A stretch of 64,000 nucleotides of DNA from Syntrophales bacterium. GTDB taxonomy: Bacteria; Desulfobacterota; Syntrophia; Syntrophales; PHBD01. Position numbers and translations under genes: made by a program. The stretch is from positions 3,744,001 to 3,808,000 of the forward strand of contig OY764159.1 in NCBI GenBank assembly GCA_963668175.1, given 5' to 3'. Shown one piece after another: positions 18,695 to 27,960 of this stretch (positions are counted from its first letter, which is position 1; the number at the start of each line of letters is the position of its first letter). Below the pieces are notes generated by a model. That model was not told the origin of the DNA, searched no databases, and saw only the letters and a program-made list of their open reading frames with translations.

Positions 18695-19069
18695 TCACGG
18701 ATTATCGGGTTTTTCCGCTTTCCCTTTCCTCTCGATCTCTGTTTCGGTCTGGACTTTCTTCGTCTTCTTCGGCTTAAGGCCCTGCTTCTTCGCAGGCCTC
18801 GGAACCCAATTCGGATCTTCCTGGTCCGATGGTGCGGTCTGTTCGACATCAGTCTGGACTTTTTTCTGTTTCTTAGGCTTGATGCCTTTCTTGGCCGGCG
18901 GCCGGCTGACCCAATTGGGATCCTCCTGATCGGACGGCGCAGTCTGTTCACGATCCGTCTTCACCTTGAGCTGTTTCTTCGGAGCAATGGGTTTTTCCTG
19001 GTCCTGGGCAAATGCCGGCAAAGCGAAAATAAATACCATTACTGCTGCCATCAAAATAAAACGTTTCAT
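18695..19069 (-). CDS. Secreted Lys-rich internal-repeat protein, paralog 1
   Basis: Signal peptide (ALPAFA); 35-aa repeats; AGGAGG RBS; paralog of 19260-19637. Confidence 0.8.
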   Translation of the reverse strand: MKRFILMAAVMVFIFALPAFAQDQEKPIAPKKQLKVKTDREQTAPSDQEDPNWVSRPPAKKGIKPKKQKKVQTDVEQTAPSDQEDPNWVPRPAKKQGLKPKKTKKVQTETEIERKGKAEKPDNP

Positions 19070-19187
19070 GAGACCACCTCCTTCTTTAGGATTTTATAGT
19101 ATAATGCGTTGAAGGTATGAATACGAACTTTTCCACTCATGCCGTCGGGCCGATTATCCCCGTGACTTCTGTAGTTATGAATCGAAA

Positions 19188-19218
19188 AAATAGGGCACGC
19201 GCCACACGTGCCCTATTT
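19188..19218. terminator. Hairpin downstream of Lys-rich paralog 2
   Basis: AAATAGGGCACG-CGCCACA-CGTGCCCTATTT. Confidence 0.6.
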
Positions 19219-19259
19219 GCAAATTCAAAGAAGCTCAAAAAATACCCGAGGTCATTTAC

Positions 19260-19637
19260 TCACGGATTATCGGGTTTTTCGGATTTACCTTTCCTTTCGA
19301 TTTCCGTTTCGGTCTGGACTTTTTTCGTCTTCTTCGGCTTCAGGCCTTTTTTCGCAGGTTCCCTGTACACGGCATCCTTATCTTCCTGGTCGGACGGTGC
19401 GGTCAGTTCGCGGTCCGTCTTTACATTTTTCTGCTTCTTCGGCTTGAGGCCCTTCTTCTTCACTGGCTGGGAGACATTCATGTTCTCCTCGCCGGATGGC
19501 GTTTCCTTCTGGATTTCCGTATCGGTCTTCACCTTGACCTGTTTCTTTGGAGCAATGGGTTTTGTCTGGTCCTGGGCAAACGCCGGTAAGGCGAACATGA
19601 ACACCATTGCTACAGCCATCAAAACGAAACGTTTCAT
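19260..19637 (-). CDS. Secreted Lys-rich internal-repeat protein, paralog 2
   Basis: Same signal peptide, PKKxKxVxT blocks and C-terminus as paralog 1; AGGAGG RBS. Confidence 0.8.
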   Translation of the reverse strand: MKRFVLMAVAMVFMFALPAFAQDQTKPIAPKKQVKVKTDTEIQKETPSGEENMNVSQPVKKKGLKPKKQKNVKTDRELTAPSDQEDKDAVYREPAKKGLKPKKTKKVQTETEIERKGKSEKPDNP

Positions 19638-19753
19638 GCGACTACCTCCTTCTCTATAGGGTTATATTAATTTCTGGCCATGCGTCATGATTCGCCAGTT
19701 GCCAGCTTTTAGTCTGTAACGGACCTCTGTTTCTCCGCGATGAGCATCTGCGT

Positions 19754-20035
19754 TCAATGATACATCGCATTGAACAAACCCTTCGGTTCGCGGTGTGTTC
19801 TTCCGGGTTTATAGACAGGATGGCAGGTTATAAAGGATTCATCAAGAAGCGCATCCTGAGGAGTTACTAACAGAACCATCCGGCACCGCGGGCACTCGTA
19901 ATGAAAATCCCCCGACTGGGGATTGCGGCCCCGTTGCTTGAAGAACTGAGATTGCTGAACCTCTTCCGGAAACCCGGGAATCTCCATTCTGCCTCCCTGA
20001 CCGCAATACGTACATGAGATTTCCCTCGTCATCAT
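19754..20035 (-). CDS. Small hypothetical Zn-ribbon protein
   Basis: CTYC...CPRC; GAAGGGG RBS. Confidence 0.6.
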   Translation of the reverse strand: MMTREISCTYCGQGGRMEIPGFPEEVQQSQFFKQRGRNPQSGDFHYECPRCRMVLLVTPQDALLDESFITCHPVYKPGRTHREPKGLFNAMYH

Positions 20036-20347
20036 ACCAACTGCCCCTTCCGCCTACTATGTGATGATAGTTTTATGCATACAGAATCAAGGGAATGTCA
20101 GCAATCGGGCATACCCTGATTTCTGGGTTCGAAAATCCTTATTTATCTTTTTCGATTGTTCGATAATGGGCGTCTTGTTTACTATTGACGGACTCTACGA
20201 TCTGACTTGCATTGCACAAGTCGGTCCCATGCTTCGGGGAATATCGCTCACGGAAGGAAATCTGCTCGGACGACCGGACTGTCGGAAATAGAAATTACCT
20301 GGAGAATAGAAGAACGGCACTTCACGATATGGGAAAGAAGGCGGCGT

Positions 20348-20707
20348 CTAGTATTTTATTGCCCTGCCGCTGATTTCAATACCACGTTCGTACCAACCCG
20401 AAACGACAGGTTCACGGATATCGATGATAATGCCGTTGGCGCCGAGTGTCTTGGCTTTTTCTATAAGTTTGGGAACGACATCGATGAACCTCATACGCTT
20501 ATATTCGCCGGGATCCATATAATAGATGTTTCCCAGCGTCGTGAAAGGTTTTTGAACCTCTTCCTCTTTTGAGAAAAATGTCACATCGCCGGAAGTCCAC
20601 GGCAGCGATTCAGGACTCCCGCCAGTCGGAACGGTCTTTGTTTTCGTGCAACCAAAAACGAGAGATAACGATAAAGCGACGATCAGTACCGGTACCATCC
20701 ATTTCAT
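20348..20707 (-). CDS. Hypothetical lipoprotein (YbjQ/heavy-metal-binding-like fold)
   Basis: Lipobox VFGC; KAKTLGANGIII...GRAIKY; GGAGG RBS before MKWMV. Confidence 0.65.
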   Translation of the reverse strand: MKWMVPVLIVALSLSLVFGCTKTKTVPTGGSPESLPWTSGDVTFFSKEEEVQKPFTTLGNIYYMDPGEYKRMRFIDVVPKLIEKAKTLGANGIIIDIREPVVSGWYERGIEISGRAIKY

Positions 20708-21147
20708 GCGCCTTTTATCCTCCCTGTCAAATATTCTGGACATCCGTCCCTTGTCCGGCGTCGATCCATCAAAATAGATATGCGATGAAAAATCAAGCAT
20801 ATTTTAACGATATTTGTCCCCGTCCGACTTCGCGGGAAATGAGATAACCTTAAAGTCATACCGCAGGATCGGCATTCAGGATCACGGACGGCAACCATTT
20901 TTCGTTTGTCAAAACCTTGAAAACCCTCCGTGGGTCTATCTCACAGCTATCATTTATGCAGAGTCCGGCGTCGATATATTTCATTGACAACCGTACCATT
21001 TTGTGGTCATTAGCTCCTCGCTTTGCCGATCCGCCAGATCAGGATATCGGTACCATATCTGCCGAAGAGTTCCAGACCGCGGCCTTGGGCAGAAGCTAAC
21101 GGATGCCCTTTTGAGCGGGCTCGGCCGGTTGACAAAAATGAGCCGGA

Positions 21148-21181
21148 GCCATAGGGCGCATGAGAAACCTATGGCTTTTTT
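21148..21181 (+). terminator. Terminator-like hairpin inside the lactate permease leader
   Basis: GCCATAGG...CCTATGGC followed by a T-run. Confidence 0.55.
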
Positions 21182-21304
21182 ACTGCCCGCGGAAACGCCG
21201 CAGTCGAGATTTAAAACCGAGAGCTATGATCTCAGGAACGGCGGCGGCAAGAGATGCCATAGCGCCTCGCCGGGAAACAGCGGCAGATCTCAGGAGGAAA
21301 CATC

Positions 21305-22867
21305 ATGTTGATACGGGTCGCTTTGATATTGCTCCCGATTGCCCTGATCCTCTATCTGATGATCAGGAAGAATTACGCGGCCGATACCAGCGGCGTCGCC
21401 GGATGGCTTTTGACGATGGTCATCTCCTTTCTGTTCTTCGGCACAACGCCGGAAGTCGGCCTGATATCTTCCCTTGCCGGCGTCGTCGCGTCCTTTCCCG
21501 TATCCCTGATGGTCGTCACCTCGATTCTGCAAATCACTTTCATGGAGACGACCGGTGCCCTGCAGCGGATCGCCGTCTTTGTAAAAACCTTCGGATCCAG
21601 TGACAGGGCCGTTCAGTTGATGTTGATCAATGTCGGCGCGGGAACGCTGCTGGTTGCGGTCGGTGCGACGCCGGTATCCATTCTGCCGCCGATTCTGGTC
21701 GCTCTCGGCTACTCGACTTTCGTGGCGGTCGCCCTTCCCGCCATCGGCTTCGACGCCCTTTGTACATTCGCTCTTCTCGGAGCGCCCCTCGTCGTATACT
21801 CCGATATGACGGGGACACCGCTGGTGCAATCCGCCCAGGTCTTCGCCAAATTTCTGCCCGTCATATCGACGCTTATCGGATTCGGGATGCTCTGGATCGT
21901 GGGCCGTTGGCGCCTCATAAAAGAAGGTTTCGTCCCCTGCATCATCGCCGGTACGACGAACGGCGGGGTCGCCGTCGCCGTAAGCCATATTCCGCTTCTT
22001 GCCGCCGGGGTGGTCCTGACAGGCGTCATGGCCGGCTTCTGTACGATGATCATTATGCTGCTCTATTTGAAACTGAAGGGATTGCCGATCATCGATCGCT
22101 CCGGTTTGACGGAGGCGGATTTGAAAACCGAACAGGATATGTCGCTCGCAACCGCCCTTTCGCCCTGGTTTATTCTGATAGCGGCCTCCTTCGCCATCAA
22201 TTTCTACCCCCCGTGGTTCGATCTGCTTTATAAAACAATCGCCATGCCCGTGTCGATCATCCCTGGCCAGGTCATGAAGACCAGGATGCTCTGGAATGCT
22301 TATACATGGGTATTGATCAGCACCATAGCATCCGGCCTTTTCATCAGGCCGTCCCGTCCGGCCGTCCGGACGACATTCGCGAAGTGGATCAAACGGGCTC
22401 CCAGGCCTGCCTTCTCCGCCGCCATTTTCTTTGCCATTGCTTTTCTGATGAACAATTCGGGCATGCAGGATCTGGGAACGGTATGGAAAATCGTCACACC
22501 GGACAACAACATGATCTGGGTCCTGTCGCAGGGCTCGGCCCTGGCCTTCGGCACGCTCTACCCGTTCATCAGCGGCTACCTGGGGCTTTTCGGGGGATTC
22601 TTGAGCGGAAGCGAAGCCTCCACCATCGCCATGTTCACCAAATACCACCTGCTGACATCTAAGCTCTTGAATGTCGACGCCCTGATCGTTACCGCCGTCA
22701 CAGCGATAGGCGGCGGGCTGGCAAGCGTCATCTCGCCGGCGAAGTTACAGAATGCCGCCGCGACCATCGACGCCATCGGCATCGAAAACCGCGTCATCAA
22801 AACGGCGTTTGTCATCTCCATCCTGATAACGCTGGTGGCCTCACTGATGGCCATGTTCTTCGCCTGA
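21305..22867 (+). CDS. L-lactate/glycolate permease (LctP family)
   Basis: About 14 hydrophobic helices; GGFLSGSEAS, GGGLASVISPAK. Confidence 0.8.
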   Translation: MLIRVALILLPIALILYLMIRKNYAADTSGVAGWLLTMVISFLFFGTTPEVGLISSLAGVVASFPVSLMVVTSILQITFMETTGALQRIAVFVKTFGSSDRAVQLMLINVGAGTLLVAVGATPVSILPPILVALGYSTFVAVALPAIGFDALCTFALLGAPLVVYSDMTGTPLVQSAQVFAKFLPVISTLIGFGMLWIVGRWRLIKEGFVPCIIAGTTNGGVAVAVSHIPLLAAGVVLTGVMAGFCTMIIMLLYLKLKGLPIIDRSGLTEADLKTEQDMSLATALSPWFILIAASFAINFYPPWFDLLYKTIAMPVSIIPGQVMKTRMLWNAYTWVLISTIASGLFIRPSRPAVRTTFAKWIKRAPRPAFSAAIFFAIAFLMNNSGMQDLGTVWKIVTPDNNMIWVLSQGSALAFGTLYPFISGYLGLFGGFLSGSEASTIAMFTKYHLLTSKLLNVDALIVTAVTAIGGGLASVISPAKLQNAAATIDAIGIENRVIKTAFVISILITLVASLMAMFFA

Positions 22868-22970
22868 CCGGTACGACGAAGACACGCAATTACCTGCGAA
22901 GAAAAAGCGGGAAGCCATAAAGACCTGCCCGCCGTTTCATGAACTTTTGTGAGGGGCCGTGCAGCCAAGC

Positions 22971-23711
22971 TCACGGCATCTTGCGGATGCGCACCTCGAT
23001 ATCCTTTTCGCCCTTAAGCAGCTTGACCAGGACCGACGTGTCCGTATTGCCGAAGTGGTAAGGATAAAGCACCTTCGGTCGGAAGGCCTTAGCTGCGTCC
23101 GCGACCATTTCCGGGGTCATCGTATAGGGAAGGTTCATCGGCAGGAAGGCGATGTCGATTCCTTTGAGGCTTTTCATTTCCGGTGTGTTCTCCGTGTCCC
23201 CGGCGATGTAGACCCGCTTGTCGCCGAATGTGATGACATAGCCGTTGCCGACGCCTTTCGGATGAAAGGGATTTCCCGGAGTCCTCATATGGACGAGGTT
23301 GTAGGCCGGCACCGCTTCGATTTTAAGACCGAGGAGCGTCGTCGTGTCGCCGTTTTTCATGACGGTGCTTCCTTTGAGCTGTTTTGCGACAGTCTCCGTA
23401 ACGACGAATGCCGTATCGGCCTTTTTGATCAGGTCGATCGCCTTGAGATCGAGATGATCGGAATGCTCGTGGGTCACGAGAACGAGATCCGCCTTCGGCA
23501 GCTTTGTATAATCGGCCGAAGCGGAAACGGGATCGATATGAATGACCTTCCCACCATAAGACATCATCAGGGTCCCGTGACCGATGAACGTGATGGCAAG
23601 TTCCCCCTTGGAGGTCTTAACCTTATCGGTTTCAAAAGGAACATTGGCTGCAATACCTGTCGTCGCCAATGTGAGCAAGAAACCTAAACCTAAAATCGAT
23701 ACCTTGTCCAT
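22971..23711 (-). CDS. Exported MBL-fold metallo-hydrolase
   Basis: THEHSDH, AGDT, PYHFG; signal peptide. Confidence 0.88.
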   Translation of the reverse strand: MDKVSILGLGFLLTLATTGIAANVPFETDKVKTSKGELAITFIGHGTLMMSYGGKVIHIDPVSASADYTKLPKADLVLVTHEHSDHLDLKAIDLIKKADTAFVVTETVAKQLKGSTVMKNGDTTTLLGLKIEAVPAYNLVHMRTPGNPFHPKGVGNGYVITFGDKRVYIAGDTENTPEMKSLKGIDIAFLPMNLPYTMTPEMVADAAKAFRPKVLYPYHFGNTDTSVLVKLLKGEKDIEVRIRKMP

Positions 23712-23914
23712 GATCCACCCTCCTTCTTCATGTACGGTTCGGAATCGTAAAAGTCATATCCTGCATTAACCGTTCCGGGCTGTAGCCGATAGCCCCGGCA
23801 CATCAGGGTCATATCCTGTTTAAAGAATCGCTGCGGCTAAGTCAATACGATATTCTTGGAAGATTTCTTGAGCGGAGAATTGCCGCCATCGAAACGGTCA
23901 TGACCTTCACTTTC

Positions 23915-23967
23915 CCATGCGCACAATTGCACATATGGGCAATTGTGCGCATGGCACAACTGCCCAT
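23915..23967. promoter_or_regulatory. Triple palindromic upstream activator sequence for a sigma54 activator
   Basis: Perfect 16-bp inverted repeat CCATGCGCACAATTGC-N8-GCAATTGTGCGCATGG plus a third related site, about 60-110 bp upstream of a -24/-12 promoter. Confidence 0.7.
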
Positions 23968-24025
23968 TTCACGCCGAAAAAAATATAATCATGCAATATC
24001 AAAGCGCTTTTTTCACAAGCCCTTA

Positions 24026-24040
24026 TGGCACGATTGTTGC
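24026..24040 (+). promoter_or_regulatory. Sigma54 (-24/-12) promoter
   Basis: TGGCACGATTGTTGC matches TGGCACG-N4-TTGC exactly. Confidence 0.85.
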
Positions 24041-24264
24041 CTTATAGTTTGTATCCATGACACATCATTACCAGTAAGACCGTCAGGGTTTCTGAAAAAC
24101 GCCTTATATTGACCTTTTTATGTACACTCGGGCGTAAGTGCACACATGTGAACAGCGAAGCCTCGCTGGAAAAAAGTCAAGTGTTGGTGTTTACAGCTAT
24201 TCCCATCTCTTAGGCTCACTTCCTTAAGGCTTTGCGGATCATTATAAAAAAGGGAGGTATGAGT

Positions 24265-25632
24265 ATGTCCAAGTACGGCAGCAAACTGGCAACACCGGAA
24301 CAAGTGGCTTCATTGGTCAGGGACGGTATGTGGGTTGACTACGGTACGGTACAGTCCCCCCGCGCCTTCGACAGGGCATTGGCCCTAAGGGCAGGCGAAC
24401 TCAAGAACGTTAAGATCCGGGCACTCGGTCATCTGACCCCGTTGGAAGTGATGGAGAAGGACCCGGATGCCAAGAGCTTCTGGATCGCAAACTGGCACAT
24501 TCTCGGTTTCACCCGCAAGTACATCGCCGAAAACCGCGGCACCCATATTCCTTACAACTTCGGCGAATCGGCCCGTATCTACAGGAACGACCTCGATGTC
24601 GACATTGCCGTTCAGACTGTCACTCCCATGGACAAGCACGGGTATTTCAATTTCGGCCCCCTCTGCAACTTCAAGAAAGCGGTCTTCGAGAAAGCCAAGA
24701 TCGTGGTGGTGGAAGTCGTGGAAGACATGCCCTGGTGCTACGGCGGCTACGACGAATGCATCCATATCTCGGAAGTCGATTATGTCATAGAGAACAAGAC
24801 CGATAAGCTGATCACCATCACGCCGCCCGCCGCTACGGAAACGGAGAAGAAGATCGCCGAGCATATCGCGGACATGATCCCGAAGGATGGCCCCTGCATC
24901 CAGATAGGTATCGGCGGCTTGCCGGATATGGTGTTGCGTCTCCTTGCCGACAGCGGTGTCCGCGATATCGGTATTCACACGGAGATGGTCACGGAGGCCA
25001 TCATGGAATTGCATACGGCCGGATTGATTACAGGCAAGAAGAAGACCTTCCTGCCGGAGAAAATCGTCTGGGCGTTCGCCATCGGCAGCCGGAAGCTTTA
25101 CGACTGGATAGATCATAATCCGGCCCTCGCCATGTATCCCGTGGAATTCACAAACGACCCCAACGTCATCGCCATGAACAAGGACCTCATCTCCATCAAC
25201 GCCTGCCTCGGCGTGGACCTTCAGGGCCAGGTAAGTTCGGAGTCGATCGGCTTCGCCGAGTACTCGGGAACGGGCGGGCAGCTGGCCTTTGTCCGCGGCG
25301 CGTATTACCGGGCCACTAAGGGGCAGCCGCCGCTGGGTTATCCGGAAAACAAATCCGTCCTTGCCTTCCAGTCGACTTACAAAGACAAGAACGGGAACTT
25401 AAAGTCGAAAATCACGCCCACGCTCCCCCCGGGCGAAATCGTAACCGTACCGCGCGTGGACGTCTCTTATCTGGTCACGGAATACGGCGTGGCATACCTA
25501 AAAGGGCTCTCCATACCAGAACGGGTTCTGGCCATCACCAAGCTGGCCCATCCCGATTTCCGGGACGGCCTTCTCGAAGAAGCCCGAAAAATGCATTGGC
25601 TCAACAAGCAGTGGTCCCTCGGGGCCATCTAA
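24265..25632 (+). CDS. Acetyl-CoA hydrolase/transferase family (butyrate/4-hydroxybutyrate CoA-transferase-like)
   Basis: [38 protein letters not shown]. Confidence 0.9.
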   Translation: MSKYGSKLATPEQVASLVRDGMWVDYGTVQSPRAFDRALALRAGELKNVKIRALGHLTPLEVMEKDPDAKSFWIANWHILGFTRKYIAENRGTHIPYNFGESARIYRNDLDVDIAVQTVTPMDKHGYFNFGPLCNFKKAVFEKAKIVVVEVVEDMPWCYGGYDECIHISEVDYVIENKTDKLITITPPAATETEKKIAEHIADMIPKDGPCIQIGIGGLPDMVLRLLADSGVRDIGIHTEMVTEAIMELHTAGLITGKKKTFLPEKIVWAFAIGSRKLYDWIDHNPALAMYPVEFTNDPNVIAMNKDLISINACLGVDLQGQVSSESIGFAEYSGTGGQLAFVRGAYYRATKGQPPLGYPENKSVLAFQSTYKDKNGNLKSKITPTLPPGEIVTVPRVDVSYLVTEYGVAYLKGLSIPERVLAITKLAHPDFRDGLLEEARKMHWLNKQWSLGAI

Positions 25633-25714
25633 AGCTGCTAACATCGGAAACAAGGCTGCAGCTGCGCATCCTCGGGCGGCGCCTTCGATTAACTCAGGAG
25701 AAAGGAGTGTCAAG

Positions 25715-26563
25715 ATGGAAATCAAGAAGGTCTGCGTATTGGGAGCAGGATTGATGGGAAACGGCATAGCGCAGGTGTGCGCCCAGGCGGGATATACGGT
25801 GACGCTCAGGGACATCGAGCAGCGGTTCATCGACGGAGGCATGAAGACGATCACGAAGAACCTGAGCAAGGACGTGGAGAAAGGGAAACGGAGCCAGGAG
25901 GAGATGGACGCGATCCTCGGCCGGATCAAGCCGACGCTGGACATGAAGGAAGCGGCGACGGGAGCGGACATCGTCGTGGAAGTCGTGATCGAAGTGATGG
26001 ACGTGAAGAAGCAGGTTTACGCGGAACTGGAAAAGATCGTTCCGGACCACTGCCTCTTCTTCACGAACACGTCGGGACTGAGCATCACGGAAATGGCGGC
26101 GATCACGACGCGTCCGGACCGTTTCATCGGGACGCACTTCTTCAACCCGGTGCCGGTGATGCGCCTCCTTGAGCTCATCCGCGGCCACGAGACGTCGGAA
26201 GCGACGCTGGAGACGGCTAAGGCGTGGGGGAAGAAGATCGGCAAGGAAGTGATCGTGGTGAAGGAAGCGCCGGCGTTTGCGGTGAACCGGATTCTGTGCG
26301 TGATGTTGAACGAGGCGTTCTTTGCGCTGGACGAGGGGATAGCGACGGCGGAGGATATCGACAAGGGGATGGTGCTGGGCTGCAACCACCCGATCGGCCC
26401 GCTGGCCCTGGCGGACCTGGTGGGCAACGAGACGCTCCTGCGGGTGGTGGAAGGCCTGCACCGCGAGTTGGGCGACAAGTACCGTCCGGCGCCGCTGTTG
26501 AGGAAGCTGGTGCGGGCGGGACGCTACGGCAGGAAGACGGGCAAAGGGGTTTACAATTACTGA
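25715..26563 (+). CDS. hbd: 3-hydroxybutyryl-CoA/3-hydroxyacyl-CoA dehydrogenase
   Basis: [37 protein letters not shown]. Confidence 0.92.
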   Translation: MEIKKVCVLGAGLMGNGIAQVCAQAGYTVTLRDIEQRFIDGGMKTITKNLSKDVEKGKRSQEEMDAILGRIKPTLDMKEAATGADIVVEVVIEVMDVKKQVYAELEKIVPDHCLFFTNTSGLSITEMAAITTRPDRFIGTHFFNPVPVMRLLELIRGHETSEATLETAKAWGKKIGKEVIVVKEAPAFAVNRILCVMLNEAFFALDEGIATAEDIDKGMVLGCNHPIGPLALADLVGNETLLRVVEGLHRELGDKYRPAPLLRKLVRAGRYGRKTGKGVYNY

Positions 26564-26652
26564 TCGATCTACGGACGCCATCCTGTCCGGGCTTGTTTGC
26601 CGGCGGGGATAGGCACTGAAGATTCACACTTACGCAAGGAGGCATGTACATT

Positions 26653-27795
26653 ATGGATTTCGAATTGACGGAAGAATTGAAGATGTTGAAGGACATGGCG
26701 TACAAGTTTGCCGTGGCGGAATTGACGCCGATATCCAAAGAATGCGACGAGCATGAGAAGTACACACCCGAGGTCCGGAAGAAGGGGGCGGAAAACGGCC
26801 TCGTCGGGGCCTGGGTCCCGGAGGCATACGGAGGCGCCGGCGCCGGCATCCTGGGCAATGCGATCATCACGGAAGAACTGTCGAAGGTCGATATGGGAAT
26901 CGGTCTCAACGTCGTGGCGGCGACCTTCGGTTGCGAATCGATCATCCAGTACGGAACGGAAGAGCAGAAGAAGACCTATCTGCCGCCGGTCTGCGCCGGG
27001 GACTGGGTCAGTGCGGGGGCATTCACGGAGCCGAACGCCGGCACGGACGTATCGGGCTACAAGACCCGCGCGGTGAAGGATGGATCGGACTATGTGATCA
27101 ACGGCAACAAGATGTTCATCACGAACGGGACGGTCTGCGACTTCATGGTAACGCAGTGCATCACGAACCCGGAAGAGAAGAAGCACAACAGTTTCTCCCT
27201 GATCATCATTCCGGCCGACGCCAAGGGCGTGACGCGGAACAAGATTCACGGGAAGATGGGTATCCGGTCGAGCGATACGGCGGAGATCGCCCTGGAGGAC
27301 GTGCGTGTTCCCCAGACGAACCTGGTCGGGAAGGAAGGCCGCGGCTTCATCCAGTTGATGCACTTCTTTGATACGACGCGCGTCATGGTGTCGGCGCAGG
27401 GCTTGGGCCTGTCGGAGGCCTGCCTGGAGACGAGCATCAAGTACGTGAAGGAGAGGACGGCATTCGGGACACCGCTGGGCGGCTTCCAGATGACGCAGAA
27501 GAAGCTGACGGAGATGGCGATCATGATCGAGGCGCTTCGCGGCCTCGTTTACAAGTCGGCATGGCTGATAGACATTGGCCGTCCGGACTACCACCTGGCG
27601 GCGATGGCGAAGTTCTACAGCGGCCAGACGGCGGTATTCTGCGCAAACGCCGGCGTGGAGCTGCACGGGGGTTACGGCTACATCGACGAGTATTCGGTGC
27701 AGAAGTGGTACCGGGATGCAAAGATCCTGGAGCTTTACGAGGGCACGAAAGAGGCGGAAATCATGACCATCGGCAGAACCCTCCAGGCCAAATAG
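26653..27795 (+). CDS. Acyl-CoA dehydrogenase
   Basis: FTEPNAGTD, NGNKMFITNG, KMGIRSSDT, HGGYGY, catalytic YEGT. Confidence 0.95.
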   Translation: MDFELTEELKMLKDMAYKFAVAELTPISKECDEHEKYTPEVRKKGAENGLVGAWVPEAYGGAGAGILGNAIITEELSKVDMGIGLNVVAATFGCESIIQYGTEEQKKTYLPPVCAGDWVSAGAFTEPNAGTDVSGYKTRAVKDGSDYVINGNKMFITNGTVCDFMVTQCITNPEEKKHNSFSLIIIPADAKGVTRNKIHGKMGIRSSDTAEIALEDVRVPQTNLVGKEGRGFIQLMHFFDTTRVMVSAQGLGLSEACLETSIKYVKERTAFGTPLGGFQMTQKKLTEMAIMIEALRGLVYKSAWLIDIGRPDYHLAAMAKFYSGQTAVFCANAGVELHGGYGYIDEYSVQKWYRDAKILELYEGTKEAEIMTIGRTLQAK

Positions 27796-27852
27796 ATCAT
27801 GTTTTCGGGAAGCTATTGATGGTGCGGTGATACTCCTGCGATACTTTTCCAA

Positions 27853-27879
27853 ACTTCCCCTGCTTGCGGCAGGGGAAGT
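27853..27879. repeat. Intergenic GC-rich palindrome (REP-like or mRNA-stabilising hairpin)
   Basis: ACTTCCCCTGC-TTGCG-GCAGGGGAAGT. Confidence 0.5.
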
Positions 27880-27960
27880 GCGGGAAAGGATTTTCAGCAC
27901 AGTCGGGCGATTCACCCGCAAAAAACATACGACAAGGACAATCTTAAAGGAGCCGGTAAT

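Noticed and set aside
18560..18697. Possible selenocysteine readthrough of the TGA ending the Lys-rich paralogs
   Set aside because: There is no convincing SECIS hairpin at the right spacing and no redox motif, and the downstream sequences diverge after about 11 codons.
18695..19637. RiPP biosynthetic cluster around the repeat proteins
   Set aside because: No adjacent modifying enzyme, peptidase or transporter. Kept only as one hypothesis.
18640..19640. CRISPR-like repeats
   Set aside because: The repeats are in-frame coding repeats and a gene duplication. There is no repeat-spacer periodicity and no cas gene.
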